DNA from: an uncultured cyanobacterium
GTDB taxonomy: Bacteria; Cyanobacteriota; Cyanobacteriia; Cyanobacteriales; Nostocaceae
Assembly: GCA_963740315.1 (NCBI GenBank)
Contig: CAVUDP010000002.1
Coordinates: forward strand, 3,200,001-3,264,000
Reading direction: 5' to 3'
DNA: 64,000 nucleotides
Both the position numbers and the translations under genes were made by a program. Positions within the stretch are counted from its first letter, which is position 1, and the number at the start of each line of letters is the position of its first letter. Below, piece after piece: positions 50,683 to 60,885 of the stretch. Under the pieces are notes generated by a model. That model had not been told where the DNA came from. It did not search any database and saw only the letters and a list, made by a program, of their open reading frames with translations.

Positions 50683-52251
50683 TTGAAATTCGTATCCGAG
50701 CCTACAATCACCGATAAAATCCGTAAGATGAAGCAACGGGTGAAGTGGCAAGACTCCGCAATTGTCGAAAGAAATATTGACCAAACTAGTTTGGTTATAG
50801 ATGATGGTAAAACTGACGATGTAGAATTTTCTTTTCTAGTAGCAGGTGATAGCGGCACGGGGGCACACCGAGGACATAGCCCGATGAGAAAGGTAGTCGA
50901 ACTAATGCTACCTCATTATCAAGATTGTCGATTTATGCTGCATACTGGCGATGTTGTTTATCAAGTGGGTTCAAGCGAATACTATCCGAAAAACTTCATC
51001 AAACCCTATCGAGAATTTATTGTCGGCGGCGAAGATTACAAAAAAATTGCCTACGATCGAATGGTATTCAAACTGCCAATTTTGCCAGTACTTGGAAACC
51101 ACGATTATTATGACTTACCGATTATATATGGTTTGATATCCGCAACAACTTTACCATTTCGTCGCTTAATTCCCTCAAAATTAGATATTGAAGTTGGCAG
51201 ACACGGCTCCCACAAAGGTGATGCATTTGCACGAGCATTTTTAGATTATTTAGCTCGATTTAAATTTCCCGGTGAATTAGCCTATCATTTGGACGAATAC
51301 TACACCGCGAAAACAGATACGGGAAGATGTCTCCGCTACGTACCGGGGCAATTTACCCGTCTTCCCAATCGTTACTATACTTTCCGCTACGGTGGAATAG
51401 ATTTTTTTGCTTTAGATTCTAATACTATTAACGATCCGCTTCCTTTACCAGATACAAAAGAAGGATATGCTTATCGTTTATCTATACAAAAAAGACGCAC
51501 GGAGTTAGAGCAAGAACAAGAACTAATACGGGAAACTTCCGAAAAACTGAATCCAGATCAGCCCAGAGGTGCCGAACAAATCGATGACTTACAGTCCAAG
51601 CTGTCGCAAATCGAGGAAATGATTGTCGATATTGATAAGCAATTAAATACTCCTAGAATTACAGTTGTCGATATCGAACAACTCGAATGGCTCAAACAGC
51701 GTTTAATCGAATCTTGGAATACCTCAGAAGTACGGGGACGAGTAATTTATTTTCATCATCCTCCCTACGTAACTGAAGCAACCAAATGGGAACAAGCACA
51801 AACTCTCGCAGTTCGCAGCCGCATCCGAAACGTACTTAACGAAGTTGCTCAAGAGGTAACATTAACTCAAAATCGTCCCATAGTGGATTTAGTCTTAAAC
51901 GGACACGCCCACTGCATGGAACATATAGAAACATTAGATACAGGTAACGCCGACTCCAACATCGACTGGATTGTCTGCGGAGGTAGCGGACATAGCTTGC
52001 GACGACAGCGCCCCGAAGGAGCCGATTTATCAGAATTCTCAACAAACGGCGAAAAATCTTCTAAATTAATAGCGCGATCGCACCTTTTTGTAGGTCGTAA
52101 CGGTTCGGGTTCCCACAAAAGAAGACCTTATTCAGGACTTCGGATTGATGTAAAAGAAGGTTCTCCTCCTAAGTTCGTAGTTCAACCGTTAGTTACAGAA
52201 CGCTATCAAAATAAATGGCATCAACCAGAAATGGAATCATTTACAATTTAA
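50683..52251 (+). CDS. Calcineurin-like metallophosphoesterase
   Basis: GDSG, TGDVVY, GNHDY, FHHPPY, GHAH motifs. Confidence 0.85.
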   Translation: MKFVSEPTITDKIRKMKQRVKWQDSAIVERNIDQTSLVIDDGKTDDVEFSFLVAGDSGTGAHRGHSPMRKVVELMLPHYQDCRFMLHTGDVVYQVGSSEYYPKNFIKPYREFIVGGEDYKKIAYDRMVFKLPILPVLGNHDYYDLPIIYGLISATTLPFRRLIPSKLDIEVGRHGSHKGDAFARAFLDYLARFKFPGELAYHLDEYYTAKTDTGRCLRYVPGQFTRLPNRYYTFRYGGIDFFALDSNTINDPLPLPDTKEGYAYRLSIQKRRTELEQEQELIRETSEKLNPDQPRGAEQIDDLQSKLSQIEEMIVDIDKQLNTPRITVVDIEQLEWLKQRLIESWNTSEVRGRVIYFHHPPYVTEATKWEQAQTLAVRSRIRNVLNEVAQEVTLTQNRPIVDLVLNGHAHCMEHIETLDTGNADSNIDWIVCGGSGHSLRRQRPEGADLSEFSTNGEKSSKLIARSHLFVGRNGSGSHKRRPYSGLRIDVKEGSPPKFVVQPLVTERYQNKWHQPEMESFTI

Positions 52252-52277
52252 GGCAATTGAATTATTTGTAAGAATAT

Positions 52278-52310
52278 AGAAGCCCAGTATCTTTGAGGTA
52301 CCGGGCTTCT
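52278..52310. terminator. Hairpin between convergent genes (REP-like or terminator)
   Basis: AGAAGCCCAGTATCT-TTG-AGGTACCGGGCTTCT; similar hairpin at 53113-53140. Confidence 0.5.
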
Positions 52311-52480
52311 TAAATTTAATATTTATTATTGCTGAAATAATTTATTATTTAAAAATTATTATTTGAAAGCCTTTTTATACTGTTACCTATTGGCTATTTC
52401 CGGAGAAAAAAAATCAGAAGTCAAAAATCAAAATAGATTGTAATATTTTTGACTTTTGACTCTTGATTCTCTTAAGGCTA

Positions 52481-52849
52481 TTAAATTGCACCCGGACCTT
52501 TACCGCGTGTATCGGCTTCCATTGTCAAATCGCCATCTTTATCTTGATTAACTTCTTCAAGTTCTTCAGCACGTTGTGCAGCTTCTTTTTCTGCTTGTGC
52601 TTTAGCATCACCGGGTTCTTCATAGTACATTTCCGGCTCAACTGCGTAATTATTTACCAAGCCTTCCTTATCTACCGTATAACCTTCAGATGTATCTAAA
52701 CTTGCGTCTTCTTCTTTATCGGGAGTATCTTTGTAATTGCCTTTTTCTCTTTCTCTACGAGCCGCAGTTTCAGCAGGAACTATACCTCGGTCGTATTTTT
52801 CTTCCTGAACGCGGTCAGATGAATCTACAGCTTTATTCTTATCAGCCAT
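52481..52849 (-). CDS. Hypothetical acidic hydrophilic protein
   Basis: 122 aa with RBS AAGGAG upstream; YDRGIVPAETAAR, GYTVDKEGL.NNYAVEPEMY. Confidence 0.75.
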   Translation of the reverse strand: MADKNKAVDSSDRVQEEKYDRGIVPAETAARREREKGNYKDTPDKEEDASLDTSEGYTVDKEGLVNNYAVEPEMYYEEPGDAKAQAEKEAAQRAEELEEVNQDKDGDLTMEADTRGKGPGAI

Positions 52850-53191
52850 TACTACTGCTCCTTGTAAAATAGTTTATTAATTAACTTCTAAAACTAGATT
52901 AGGTTAATAGATGGCACACAGCATACTATCGTTAGAAGTGGCTTAGCTTAAACACGTATTAATTTTTCTCTCTCCTTAGATATAAATATAAGAAAAATTT
53001 ATTAACACTTTGGTCTGAATTTATTAGCAAAGCTTAGCTAAAATAATGTTTTCAAAGCTTTGATGATGTCCAGATGTGGTAATACCATATCAATCCGAAA
53101 TATCCAAATTAAAAACCCAGCTTCTTAAAGAAACTGGGCTTACAGAATTATTGCAATGATTGAGGGATTTCTACAAAAAATAGCTAGAAAC

Positions 53192-53644
53192 TTAGTTCAA
53201 AGATTCCGTAGTATTTTTACCCAAAACTTGTTTCTTAAACGAATCAATTTCTACGGCTAATTCTTTTCTGGTTGGTGCTTTGAGTAGATAACGGAAAATA
53301 AACCAAGCAGAATATCCAATCCCAATTAACTCAAAAACAGGAGATACCAAAGGAATATCGTTTACCGCAGCTAGCATTGCTAAAACTACTCTTAAGGCAA
53401 CAAACGATGCCAAAAATACAGCAAGTCCGATAATTGGTGTCTTGTATGCCTTATAAAACTTATTTAAGTCTTCAGGAATCTCTGCTAAGAATTGAGAAAT
53501 TTTTGCACCAACCATTTCCAATTGATTGGGATCTTCAGCAGGTGGTAGTTTAGCTAAAGTCTGAGAATTAGTGCCCTCTAAGGCTGGCATCTCGTTTTGT
53601 AAAGCGGTATTAACGTTTTGTGGCTCTTTGTATTCCGTTTCCAT
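53192..53644 (-). CDS. CAAD domain protein (CURT1/CurT-like)
   Basis: LAAVNDIPLVSPVFELIGIGYSAWFIFRYLLKAPTRKEL. Confidence 0.88.
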   Translation of the reverse strand: METEYKEPQNVNTALQNEMPALEGTNSQTLAKLPPAEDPNQLEMVGAKISQFLAEIPEDLNKFYKAYKTPIIGLAVFLASFVALRVVLAMLAAVNDIPLVSPVFELIGIGYSAWFIFRYLLKAPTRKELAVEIDSFKKQVLGKNTTESLN

Positions 53645-54087
53645 TTTTTTCTCCTTACGTTGATAAATGATTAGAACGTTTCTACTATGTCTTTAACAGC
53701 TTAATATTTTTAGTGCTGTGGTATCAGCTTGTTATTACCGATGACCATATCTACTTTACCCTTTAAGAAAAAACACTTATTTGTTAATTTATTGTTACTT
53801 TGAAAGCAGCCAGACAAAAGTACTTGTTATCGGGTATAGAGCATGGGGCATAAGGCTACGCTTGCACCGCGATCGCAGTGAATGGGCATTAGATACCGAA
53901 AAACAATACATTTACATTTTTTGAAATATTGTTTTATTGCTGCCTACTTACTTTATTTCTACATTTATTAAAGAATAATTCATCAATCCCTTGGAACATT
54001 CTTCATCTCTATCAAGAGATATAGTTACCAGTTACCAGTTAAAAATTTCTCCCCCCTCTTCCCCTTCTTCCCCCTCTACTTTGTCCC

Positions 54088-54639
54088 TCACGGCATAACC
54101 GTACCATTGAGATTTGCACCATCTAACAATGCACCGTTGAGGTTAGCTTGTTGGAGGTTTGCATCACCCAGATTTGCACCTCTTAAGTCAGCGTTTCTTA
54201 AATTAGCATTTCTAAAATTAGCACTGCTTAGATTGGCTCCACTAAGGTTAGCGCCGCTTAAATCGACACCACTTAAATCGGCATTTTTTAAATTAGCACC
54301 GCCTAAATTAACTTTACTGAGATTCATTCCCCGCAGATTCTTTCCTTGCCAATTCACTCCACCAAGGTTTTTACCAGGTTTATTTTTAAAATTCGGTGCT
54401 GGTTTAATTTCTGTTGTGGTTGTGTTTGATTGAGCAGAATTTTCTACTGATGGCGGAGCAATTGTTTCAACTGGCGCTTGTGAATCTGGCTGCGAGATTG
54501 ATGTATCCGATGTTGATGACGAAACCGTCTCAACGCTTTTCAATGTTACATAAATACCCACACCAGCTAAAAGAGTCGCTCCGGTGAGTATCGCAGCAAG
54601 AGTTAAAACCAAACCTCGGCGCTGTTTTTGCGGATGCAT
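54088..54639 (-). CDS. Membrane-anchored pentapeptide repeat protein
   Basis: N-terminal TM segment; tandem A(N/D)LxG repeats. Confidence 0.88.
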   Translation of the reverse strand: MHPQKQRRGLVLTLAAILTGATLLAGVGIYVTLKSVETVSSSTSDTSISQPDSQAPVETIAPPSVENSAQSNTTTTEIKPAPNFKNKPGKNLGGVNWQGKNLRGMNLSKVNLGGANLKNADLSGVDLSGANLSGANLSSANFRNANLRNADLRGANLGDANLQQANLNGALLDGANLNGTVMP

Positions 54640-54901
54640 TGGTAATGAAGTTGGAAGTTGGGAGTTGGAACCACCGGAGTTAGGAGTTGGGGGTTAAGAA
54701 TAATTAAACCTTTAACCTTTAACCTTTAACCTTTAACATGCAGACCTTTAACCTTTATTAACCTTTATCGTGACAAGAGTCACCTCATTTTAAGACTTGA
54801 ATCACTTAATGTTTATTCGGTTTTCCCTTATTTTATAAAAAAGATGAGTTATAACTAAGGCAAAAATACGGATACGTTTATAGTTTGCTCAGGGGAATAT
54901 C

Positions 54902-55048
54902 ATGTGTGAGAGGCTTTTGGTAGCGATTGGTTTAACATTCACCCTTCATTTGTGTTCGCAAATAGGTTTATTTTCTATAAGTCAAACTACGCCAGGAAGT
55001 ATACAAAACGAAACTTTGTGGGTTATGGCGCAAAAATACAAAAAATGA
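54902..55048 (+). CDS. Putative small 48-aa protein
   Basis: MCERLLVAIGLTFTLHLCSQIGLF...KYKK with purine-rich AGGGGAA upstream; below the ORF-track cutoff. Confidence 0.4.
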   Translation: MCERLLVAIGLTFTLHLCSQIGLFSISQTTPGSIQNETLWVMAQKYKK

Positions 55049-55230
55049 ATATCACCCTAACCGGGATTAGCTGATAACTCGAATAGTTAAGATTTTTACG
55101 TTTAATGTACAATACCAGCGACATATATGGATAAGTAGAGTTTTTACTGAGAAATTCTACAATGATGGTATTAGTTTTTGTGGGTTAAGCTGGGTAGTCA
55201 GGAAAATATACTACTACCCGGCTACTAAAA

Positions 55231-56001
55231 ATGAAAAACCAAATTATAGCTACAATCGTACTTATTTCAAGTTTCAGCTTTACCACCGCAGCCCAAGCAG
55301 CAAATTCCGCACACGTTAGACAGTTGTTAGCAACGAAGCAATGTGCAAATTGCGATTTGAGCGGTGCGGGTTTGGTAATGTCCGATTTAGCTGGAGCGGA
55401 TTTACGCGGTGCTAATTTGAGCGGTGCCAATCTCAGTCGTGCAAACTTGAGCGGTGCTGATTTGCGCGATGCTAACTTAAGCGGTGCCGGGTTATTTGGC
55501 GCTAATTTAAGCGGTGCAAAAATCAGCCGTGTGAATTTAGTAGGTGCCGATTTAAGAAATACTTATCTTGTCAATGCCCAGTTAACAGATATAGATGTAA
55601 ATACCGCCAATTTACAAGGAGCAACTGGTATAACTTCGCAAATTGCTAAGCCAGAGCAATTTTATGCTTGGGGTGTAGCTTCCGCAGAAAAAGGAAATTT
55701 GGAGCAAGCAACAGAATACTTCGATCGCGCGATCGATGCTAAACCCAATTATGCCGGAGCTTACTTAGCTCGCGGTATTGCTCGCTATCATATGTTAGAT
55801 GGCAAAGGCGCTTTCCAAGACGCTCAAGTTGCTGAAAAACTATTCAAATCTCAGAAAGACATTACTGGATTACAAATATCACAAGCATTTATTCTAGAAA
55901 TGAAAGCACCCCAAGAAGGAAAAGTACGTCCAGCCAAACCTACTTTAATGGACTTCGTTGGAAGTCTCAGTTCCGTCTTGCTTCAGTTTTTACCGTTTTA
56001 G
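55231..56001 (+). CDS. Pentapeptide repeat protein with TPR
   Basis: Signal peptide, [13 protein letters not shown], pentapeptide repeats, TPR-like YFDRAI..PNYAGAY. Confidence 0.88.
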   Translation: MKNQIIATIVLISSFSFTTAAQAANSAHVRQLLATKQCANCDLSGAGLVMSDLAGADLRGANLSGANLSRANLSGADLRDANLSGAGLFGANLSGAKISRVNLVGADLRNTYLVNAQLTDIDVNTANLQGATGITSQIAKPEQFYAWGVASAEKGNLEQATEYFDRAIDAKPNYAGAYLARGIARYHMLDGKGAFQDAQVAEKLFKSQKDITGLQISQAFILEMKAPQEGKVRPAKPTLMDFVGSLSSVLLQFLPF

Positions 56002-56183
56002 GAGTAAGAAGGAGAGGGGGGAGAGGGGGAAGAGGGGGAAGAGGGGGTAGTTAGGAGTTAGGGGTTATGAGTTAGGAGTTGTAAATATAAAATCCATAAT
56101 TGATAATTGATAACTGTTCAATGATTACTGGTTACTGCTAACTGGTTACTGGTTACTGCTCACTGTTCACTGCTCACTGATTT

Positions 56184-56810
56184 ATGATTTCTGATAAATT
56201 GTGGAAAGATAATGACGATTTAGCAAAAAGTTGTTTGGAACATCCTTTTGTCCGGGGAATTGCGGATGGTAGTTTAGAGCGGCAGAAATTCGCTTATTAT
56301 GTAGGACAAGATGCTTTTTTCTTGGAATCTTTTGCTCGCGCTTATAGTATCGCTGCTGCTAAATCATCGGATTTTTCTGTATTCACCACGTTTCATAATT
56401 TAGCTGGTGGGGTGTTGGAAGAATTGCAGCTACACCAAAGTTATGCGATCGAGTGGGATGTGGATTTACAGATACAGCAACCGGGAAATGCAACTCGTCG
56501 CTACACAGATTTTTTATTAGCAACTGCTTGGGGTGGTGATATTGGCTTGATTGCTGCTGCTATGTCTCCCTGTATGGCTTTATATGCTTTTTTAGGTACG
56601 GAATTGGCGCGAGATGGGATTCCAAATCATCAATATGCAGACTGGATTCGTACTTATAGCGGTGCGGATTTTCAACCTTTAACGGAACAACTTGCAAATC
56701 TTCTTGATAATCATGGGAGTCATAATGCAACAGTCACTTCCGCTTATAGGTATGCAATGTCGTGCGAATTAGACTTTTTTCAAGCAGCGTGGGAATCAGT
56801 TAGCAGTTAG
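56184..56810 (+). CDS. tenA: TenA family protein (thiaminase II / aminopyrimidine aminohydrolase)
   Basis: HPFV, YVGQDAFFL, YTDFLL, MSPCMALY, WIRTY, ELDFF. Confidence 0.85.
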   Translation: MISDKLWKDNDDLAKSCLEHPFVRGIADGSLERQKFAYYVGQDAFFLESFARAYSIAAAKSSDFSVFTTFHNLAGGVLEELQLHQSYAIEWDVDLQIQQPGNATRRYTDFLLATAWGGDIGLIAAAMSPCMALYAFLGTELARDGIPNHQYADWIRTYSGADFQPLTEQLANLLDNHGSHNATVTSAYRYAMSCELDFFQAAWESVSS

Positions 56811-57058
56811 CAGTGAGCAGTGAGCAGTTAGCAGTTAGCAGTTAGCAGTTAGCAGTGAGCAGTTAGGAGATGAAGAAATCTGAGGGAGCGGAGGGAGCGG
56901 AGGGAGCAATTAATTTAAAATTTTTTAATATCCCTTGTCTCCCCATCCCCCATCTCCTTGTCCCCTTGTCTCCCCATCCCCCCATCTCCCCATCCCCTTG
57001 TCTCCCCATCTCCCCATCCCCTTGTCTCCCCATCCCCCCATCTCCCCTTGTCCCTCTC

Positions 57059-58030
57059 TTAAGCTTGCCAATCTCCCAACTGTGTAACTAAAAAGTAACG
57101 CACGTGCGAGACAAAATTAGGTCCCCATTGTGTTGTTCCGTGTCCCATACCGGGAACGACGTAAACATCACCATCGGGAAATTTTTGAGCGCAAGCACGG
57201 GTATGTTTAACTTTCACAAGTGGATCGTTAGCACCAATCAAAAAGCGAACTCGACGGGGTAATTTGACTGATTCTATGTAGCTCATGGGATCGCATTCGA
57301 CTGCATATTCATCTTGATTTTTTAACTTTTTAACTAATTGCAAAATTTTTACCATAGGCTGCAAATCGGGTTGGAAGCGTTTTAAAATCGACTCTGCGAT
57401 AGTACCCAAGGGTGAAGCCGCAATATCTGGTAAAAATGAATATCCCCAACTTTTTGCAAAGGAATTTAGGTCTGCATGACCAATAGTCCCTAATAGTCTT
57501 TCCCCCATACCTTCAGCGGTAAAAGCATAGGCAGAAAATAATACTCCCATACTTACCCCAAATAATGCCGTTCTAGAATCCCAAAGTCCGTATTTATAAC
57601 TGCAAAATTCTCTAACTCTAGTAATGTCATTAGCAGTACTGCGAAATATTGATAGCAGCATCGCTGTATCAAAAGCAATTCCCCGATCGAGTAAGGGTTT
57701 AATTTCTTTATCTACCATACTTGTAAAAGTACGTACTAAGCTGCGTTCCCCGGCAAATGGTGTATCGAATAAAGCCACAGCTATACCCATTTGAGTCAGG
57801 GTTGGTACTATAAATGCATTCCAACCGTAAGGGGCGCACATTCCCTGTAAACCAATTACTAAAGGTGTATGCTCTCTGGGACGATCGCTAGGCAAAAATA
57901 CGGCTACCGGAAACCCACTTAATCGTTCATCTATATCTGTGACCCCAGTATAAGGATAATGTTCGTAAAACCAATAGCGATCGCCAGTCACGCCTTCAAA
58001 AGTAATTGGATCGGGTTCGTAAATTGGCAT
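57059..58030 (-). CDS. Alpha/beta hydrolase fold protein
   Basis: GVSMG nucleophile elbow, GANDPLV, GMGHG. Confidence 0.7.
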   Translation of the reverse strand: MPIYEPDPITFEGVTGDRYWFYEHYPYTGVTDIDERLSGFPVAVFLPSDRPREHTPLVIGLQGMCAPYGWNAFIVPTLTQMGIAVALFDTPFAGERSLVRTFTSMVDKEIKPLLDRGIAFDTAMLLSIFRSTANDITRVREFCSYKYGLWDSRTALFGVSMGVLFSAYAFTAEGMGERLLGTIGHADLNSFAKSWGYSFLPDIAASPLGTIAESILKRFQPDLQPMVKILQLVKKLKNQDEYAVECDPMSYIESVKLPRRVRFLIGANDPLVKVKHTRACAQKFPDGDVYVVPGMGHGTTQWGPNFVSHVRYFLVTQLGDWQA

Positions 58031-58274
58031 ACATTTAATTCAGTAAAATTATCTATATATTTATTACTCATTTATATAACTTTTCCCCATTCACGTTTTA
58101 TGATTTTCTATTAATACGGATAATACGGAAATTTGAAATATTTTTTTTGTTGTTGGGGTAGTGATAAGTTTCTTCTACATACTTATTACCAGTTAATAGT
58201 TTCTGATATTTTGAGATAATCTACTGATATTCAGCGCTTGCGATGATAGAAAAAGAGCGCAGAGGGGAATCAAA

Positions 58275-59948
58275 ATGTCAGATAATTTGAGAAGCCGGGT
58301 TGTAACGCAAGGTGTGCAGCGATCGCCAAATAGAGCGATGTTGCGAGCGGTTGGTTTTGAGGATAAGGATTTTAATAAGCCAATTGTGGGTGTTGCTAAT
58401 AGTTTTAGTACTATTACTCCCTGCAATATGGGCATAAATACATTAGCGGAAAGGGCCGAAAAAGGCGTTCGCGATGCTGAAGCGATGCCGCAGATGTTCG
58501 GTACAATTACCATTAGCGATGGGATTTCTATGGGAACTGAGGGAATGAAATATTCCCTGGTATCGCGGGAAGTGATTGCTGATTCAATTGAAACCGTTTG
58601 CACCGGGCAAAGTATGGATGGAGTGCTTGCGATCGGTGGTTGTGATAAAAATATGCCCGGAGCGATGATTGCGATCGCCAGAATGAATATACCGGCAATT
58701 TTTGTTTACGGTGGTACGATTAAACCCGGACATCATAACGGTGAAGATTTAACGGTTGTTAGTGTTTTTGAAGCGGTAGGTGAATACAGTTCTGGTAATC
58801 TCAAAGAAGAAGAACTTTTAGCAGTTGAACGTAATGCTTGTCCCGGTGCGGGTTCCTGCGGTGGAATGTATACTGCTAACACCATGTCTTCTGCTTTTGA
58901 AGCTTTGGGTATGAGCTTGCCTTACTCCTCCACAATGGCAGCGGAAGACGCTGAAAAAGCTGATAGTACGGAAAAATCGGCGACTGTCTTGGTGGAAGCA
59001 ATACGCCACAAACTTCTACCCCACCAAATTATTACTCGTAAATCTATAGAAAACGCTATTTCCGTAGTGATGGCAATTGGTGGCTCTACAAATGCAGTGT
59101 TACACTTTTTGGCGATCGCTAATGCTGCGGGTGTGGAATTAACTATTGATGATTTTGAAACTATCCGCGCTCGCGTGCCAGTACTGTGCGATTTAAAACC
59201 CAGTGGTAAATATGTAGCAGTAGATTTACATAAGGCTGGCGGCATTCCTCAAGTAATGAAAATGCTGCTTGCTCATGACTTACTGCACGGCGACTGCATG
59301 ACTATCAGTGGCAAAATCATCGCCGAAGTCTTAGCAGATATTCCCGAAGAACCATCCAAAGACCAAGACGTGATTCGTCCGTGGAATAATCCCATGTATA
59401 AACAGGGACATTTAGCCATACTCAAAGGTAACTTGGCTACCGAGGGAGCGGTTGCAAAAATTAGCGGCGTAAAAACCCCCAAAATCACAGGTCCGGCAAG
59501 GGTATTTGAATCCGAAGAATCCTGCTTAGATGCCATACTTTCGGGTAAAATCGTCGCCGGAGACGTGATTGTGATTCGCTACGAAGGACCCAAAGGAGGT
59601 CCGGGAATGCGGGAAATGTTAGCCCCCACCGCTGCCATAATTGGAGCGCGTTTGGGTGATTCGGTAGGTTTAATTACCGATGGGCGTTTTTCCGGGGGAA
59701 GTTACGGAACCGTAGTCGGACACGTAGCTCCAGAAGCCGCAGTCGGTGGAACTATAGCTTTGGTGAAAGAGGGAGATAATATAACAATTGATGCCAGTGC
59801 GCGGTTGTTGCAGCTTGAAGTACCCGAAGAAGAAATAGCCAAACGTCGCGCTAAATGGAAACCACCTCAACCTCGCTATACAAAAGGTGTTTTGGCAAAA
59901 TACGCCAAGTTGGTATCTTCGAGTAGTTTGGGTGCGGTGACGGATTAG
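58275..59948 (+). CDS. ilvD: Dihydroxy-acid dehydratase
   Basis: [47 protein letters not shown]. Confidence 0.97.
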   Translation: MSDNLRSRVVTQGVQRSPNRAMLRAVGFEDKDFNKPIVGVANSFSTITPCNMGINTLAERAEKGVRDAEAMPQMFGTITISDGISMGTEGMKYSLVSREVIADSIETVCTGQSMDGVLAIGGCDKNMPGAMIAIARMNIPAIFVYGGTIKPGHHNGEDLTVVSVFEAVGEYSSGNLKEEELLAVERNACPGAGSCGGMYTANTMSSAFEALGMSLPYSSTMAAEDAEKADSTEKSATVLVEAIRHKLLPHQIITRKSIENAISVVMAIGGSTNAVLHFLAIANAAGVELTIDDFETIRARVPVLCDLKPSGKYVAVDLHKAGGIPQVMKMLLAHDLLHGDCMTISGKIIAEVLADIPEEPSKDQDVIRPWNNPMYKQGHLAILKGNLATEGAVAKISGVKTPKITGPARVFESEESCLDAILSGKIVAGDVIVIRYEGPKGGPGMREMLAPTAAIIGARLGDSVGLITDGRFSGGSYGTVVGHVAPEAAVGGTIALVKEGDNITIDASARLLQLEVPEEEIAKRRAKWKPPQPRYTKGVLAKYAKLVSSSSLGAVTD

Positions 59949-60116
59949 AACAATTTTGGATTTTAGATTTTGGATTGGGAGTGAGGAGTTAGGAGTTAGG
60001 AGTTAGGAGTTAGGAATTTTCTACCCCCTCTTCCCCCTCTTCCCCCTCTTCCCCCTCTCTCCTTCCTTCCCCATCACAGTTACAATCGATTTAAACCAAC
60101 ATTCACGGGCACTTCC

Positions 60117-60680
60117 ATGAATACAGTCGTGCTAAATTTAGAGCCAATTATTCATTTGAGCGACGAGCAGTTTTATCAACTTTGCGTGGTAAATCGAGAT
60201 TTAAGTTTGGAACTTAATGCTACGGGAGAACTAATTATTGTGCCACCAGTGGGAGGGGAAAGCGGAAATCAAGAAGCTGATTTGATTACCAATCTGAATA
60301 TTTGGAATCGTCAAACCAAGCTCGGAAAAGTTTTTAGTTCTTCTACTATATTTAAGTTACAAAATGGTGCAAAACGTTCTCCCGATGCAGCTTGGGTAAA
60401 GTTGGAAAGTTGGGAAGCTTTAAGTTTAGAACAACGTAAAAAATTTCCACCGCTCACACCCGATTTTGTAATTGAACTTCGTTCCGAAAGCGATCGTTTA
60501 AAACCTCTCCAAGATAAAATGCAGGAGTATTTAGAAAACGGTGTGCGTTTGGGTTGGTTAATTAATCCTCAAGATAAGCAAGTGGAAATTTATCGCCAAA
60601 ATAAGCCAGTAGAAGTAGGGATAATTCCGATAAAACTTTTTGGAGAAGATGTTTTACCTGGATTTGAATTGGAGTTGTGA
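60117..60680 (+). CDS. Uma2 family endonuclease (DUF820)
   Basis: LELNATGEL, RSPDAAW, PDFVIELRS, KMQEY..NGVRLGWLINP. Confidence 0.92.
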   Translation: MNTVVLNLEPIIHLSDEQFYQLCVVNRDLSLELNATGELIIVPPVGGESGNQEADLITNLNIWNRQTKLGKVFSSSTIFKLQNGAKRSPDAAWVKLESWEALSLEQRKKFPPLTPDFVIELRSESDRLKPLQDKMQEYLENGVRLGWLINPQDKQVEIYRQNKPVEVGIIPIKLFGEDVLPGFELEL

Positions 60681-60875
60681 ATAATTAGGGCTTGCTGAAT
60701 AATTATCAGGCATTGATAAATCAATGCTTTGAAGACTTATTCCCAGAAAAAATTAGTCAACTGGTGAGAAGTCGGGTTTTTAGCGAGATTATCTTGTGTA
60801 ATCAAGACTGACCTAAAAAACCCGACTTCTGGGACGAGTTTTGCAAAAAATATTTATTCAGCAAGCCCTAATTAT
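60681..60875. mobile_element. MITE with perfect 22-bp terminal inverted repeats, carrying a REPIN-like unit
   Basis: ATAATTAGGGCTTGCTGAATAA (60681-60702) / TTATTCAGCAAGCCCTAATTAT (60854-60875); internal AGAAGTCGGGTTTTT...AAAAACCCGACTTCT at 60767-60830. Confidence 0.8.
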
Positions 60876-60885
60876 ATTTTGGATT

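Noticed and set aside
56002..56183. TPP riboswitch upstream of tenA
   Set aside because: The region contains only heptamer and purine-rich repeats, with no TPP aptamer core.
526..59870. Numerous short antisense or alternate-frame ORFs inside large genes (e.g. 526-942, 21172-21753, 24918-25280, 54107-54433, 58922-59245) and repeat-derived ORFs (6429-6701, 10062-10324, 56870-57091)
   Set aside because: These are shadow ORFs of well-supported genes or translations of STRR tracts.
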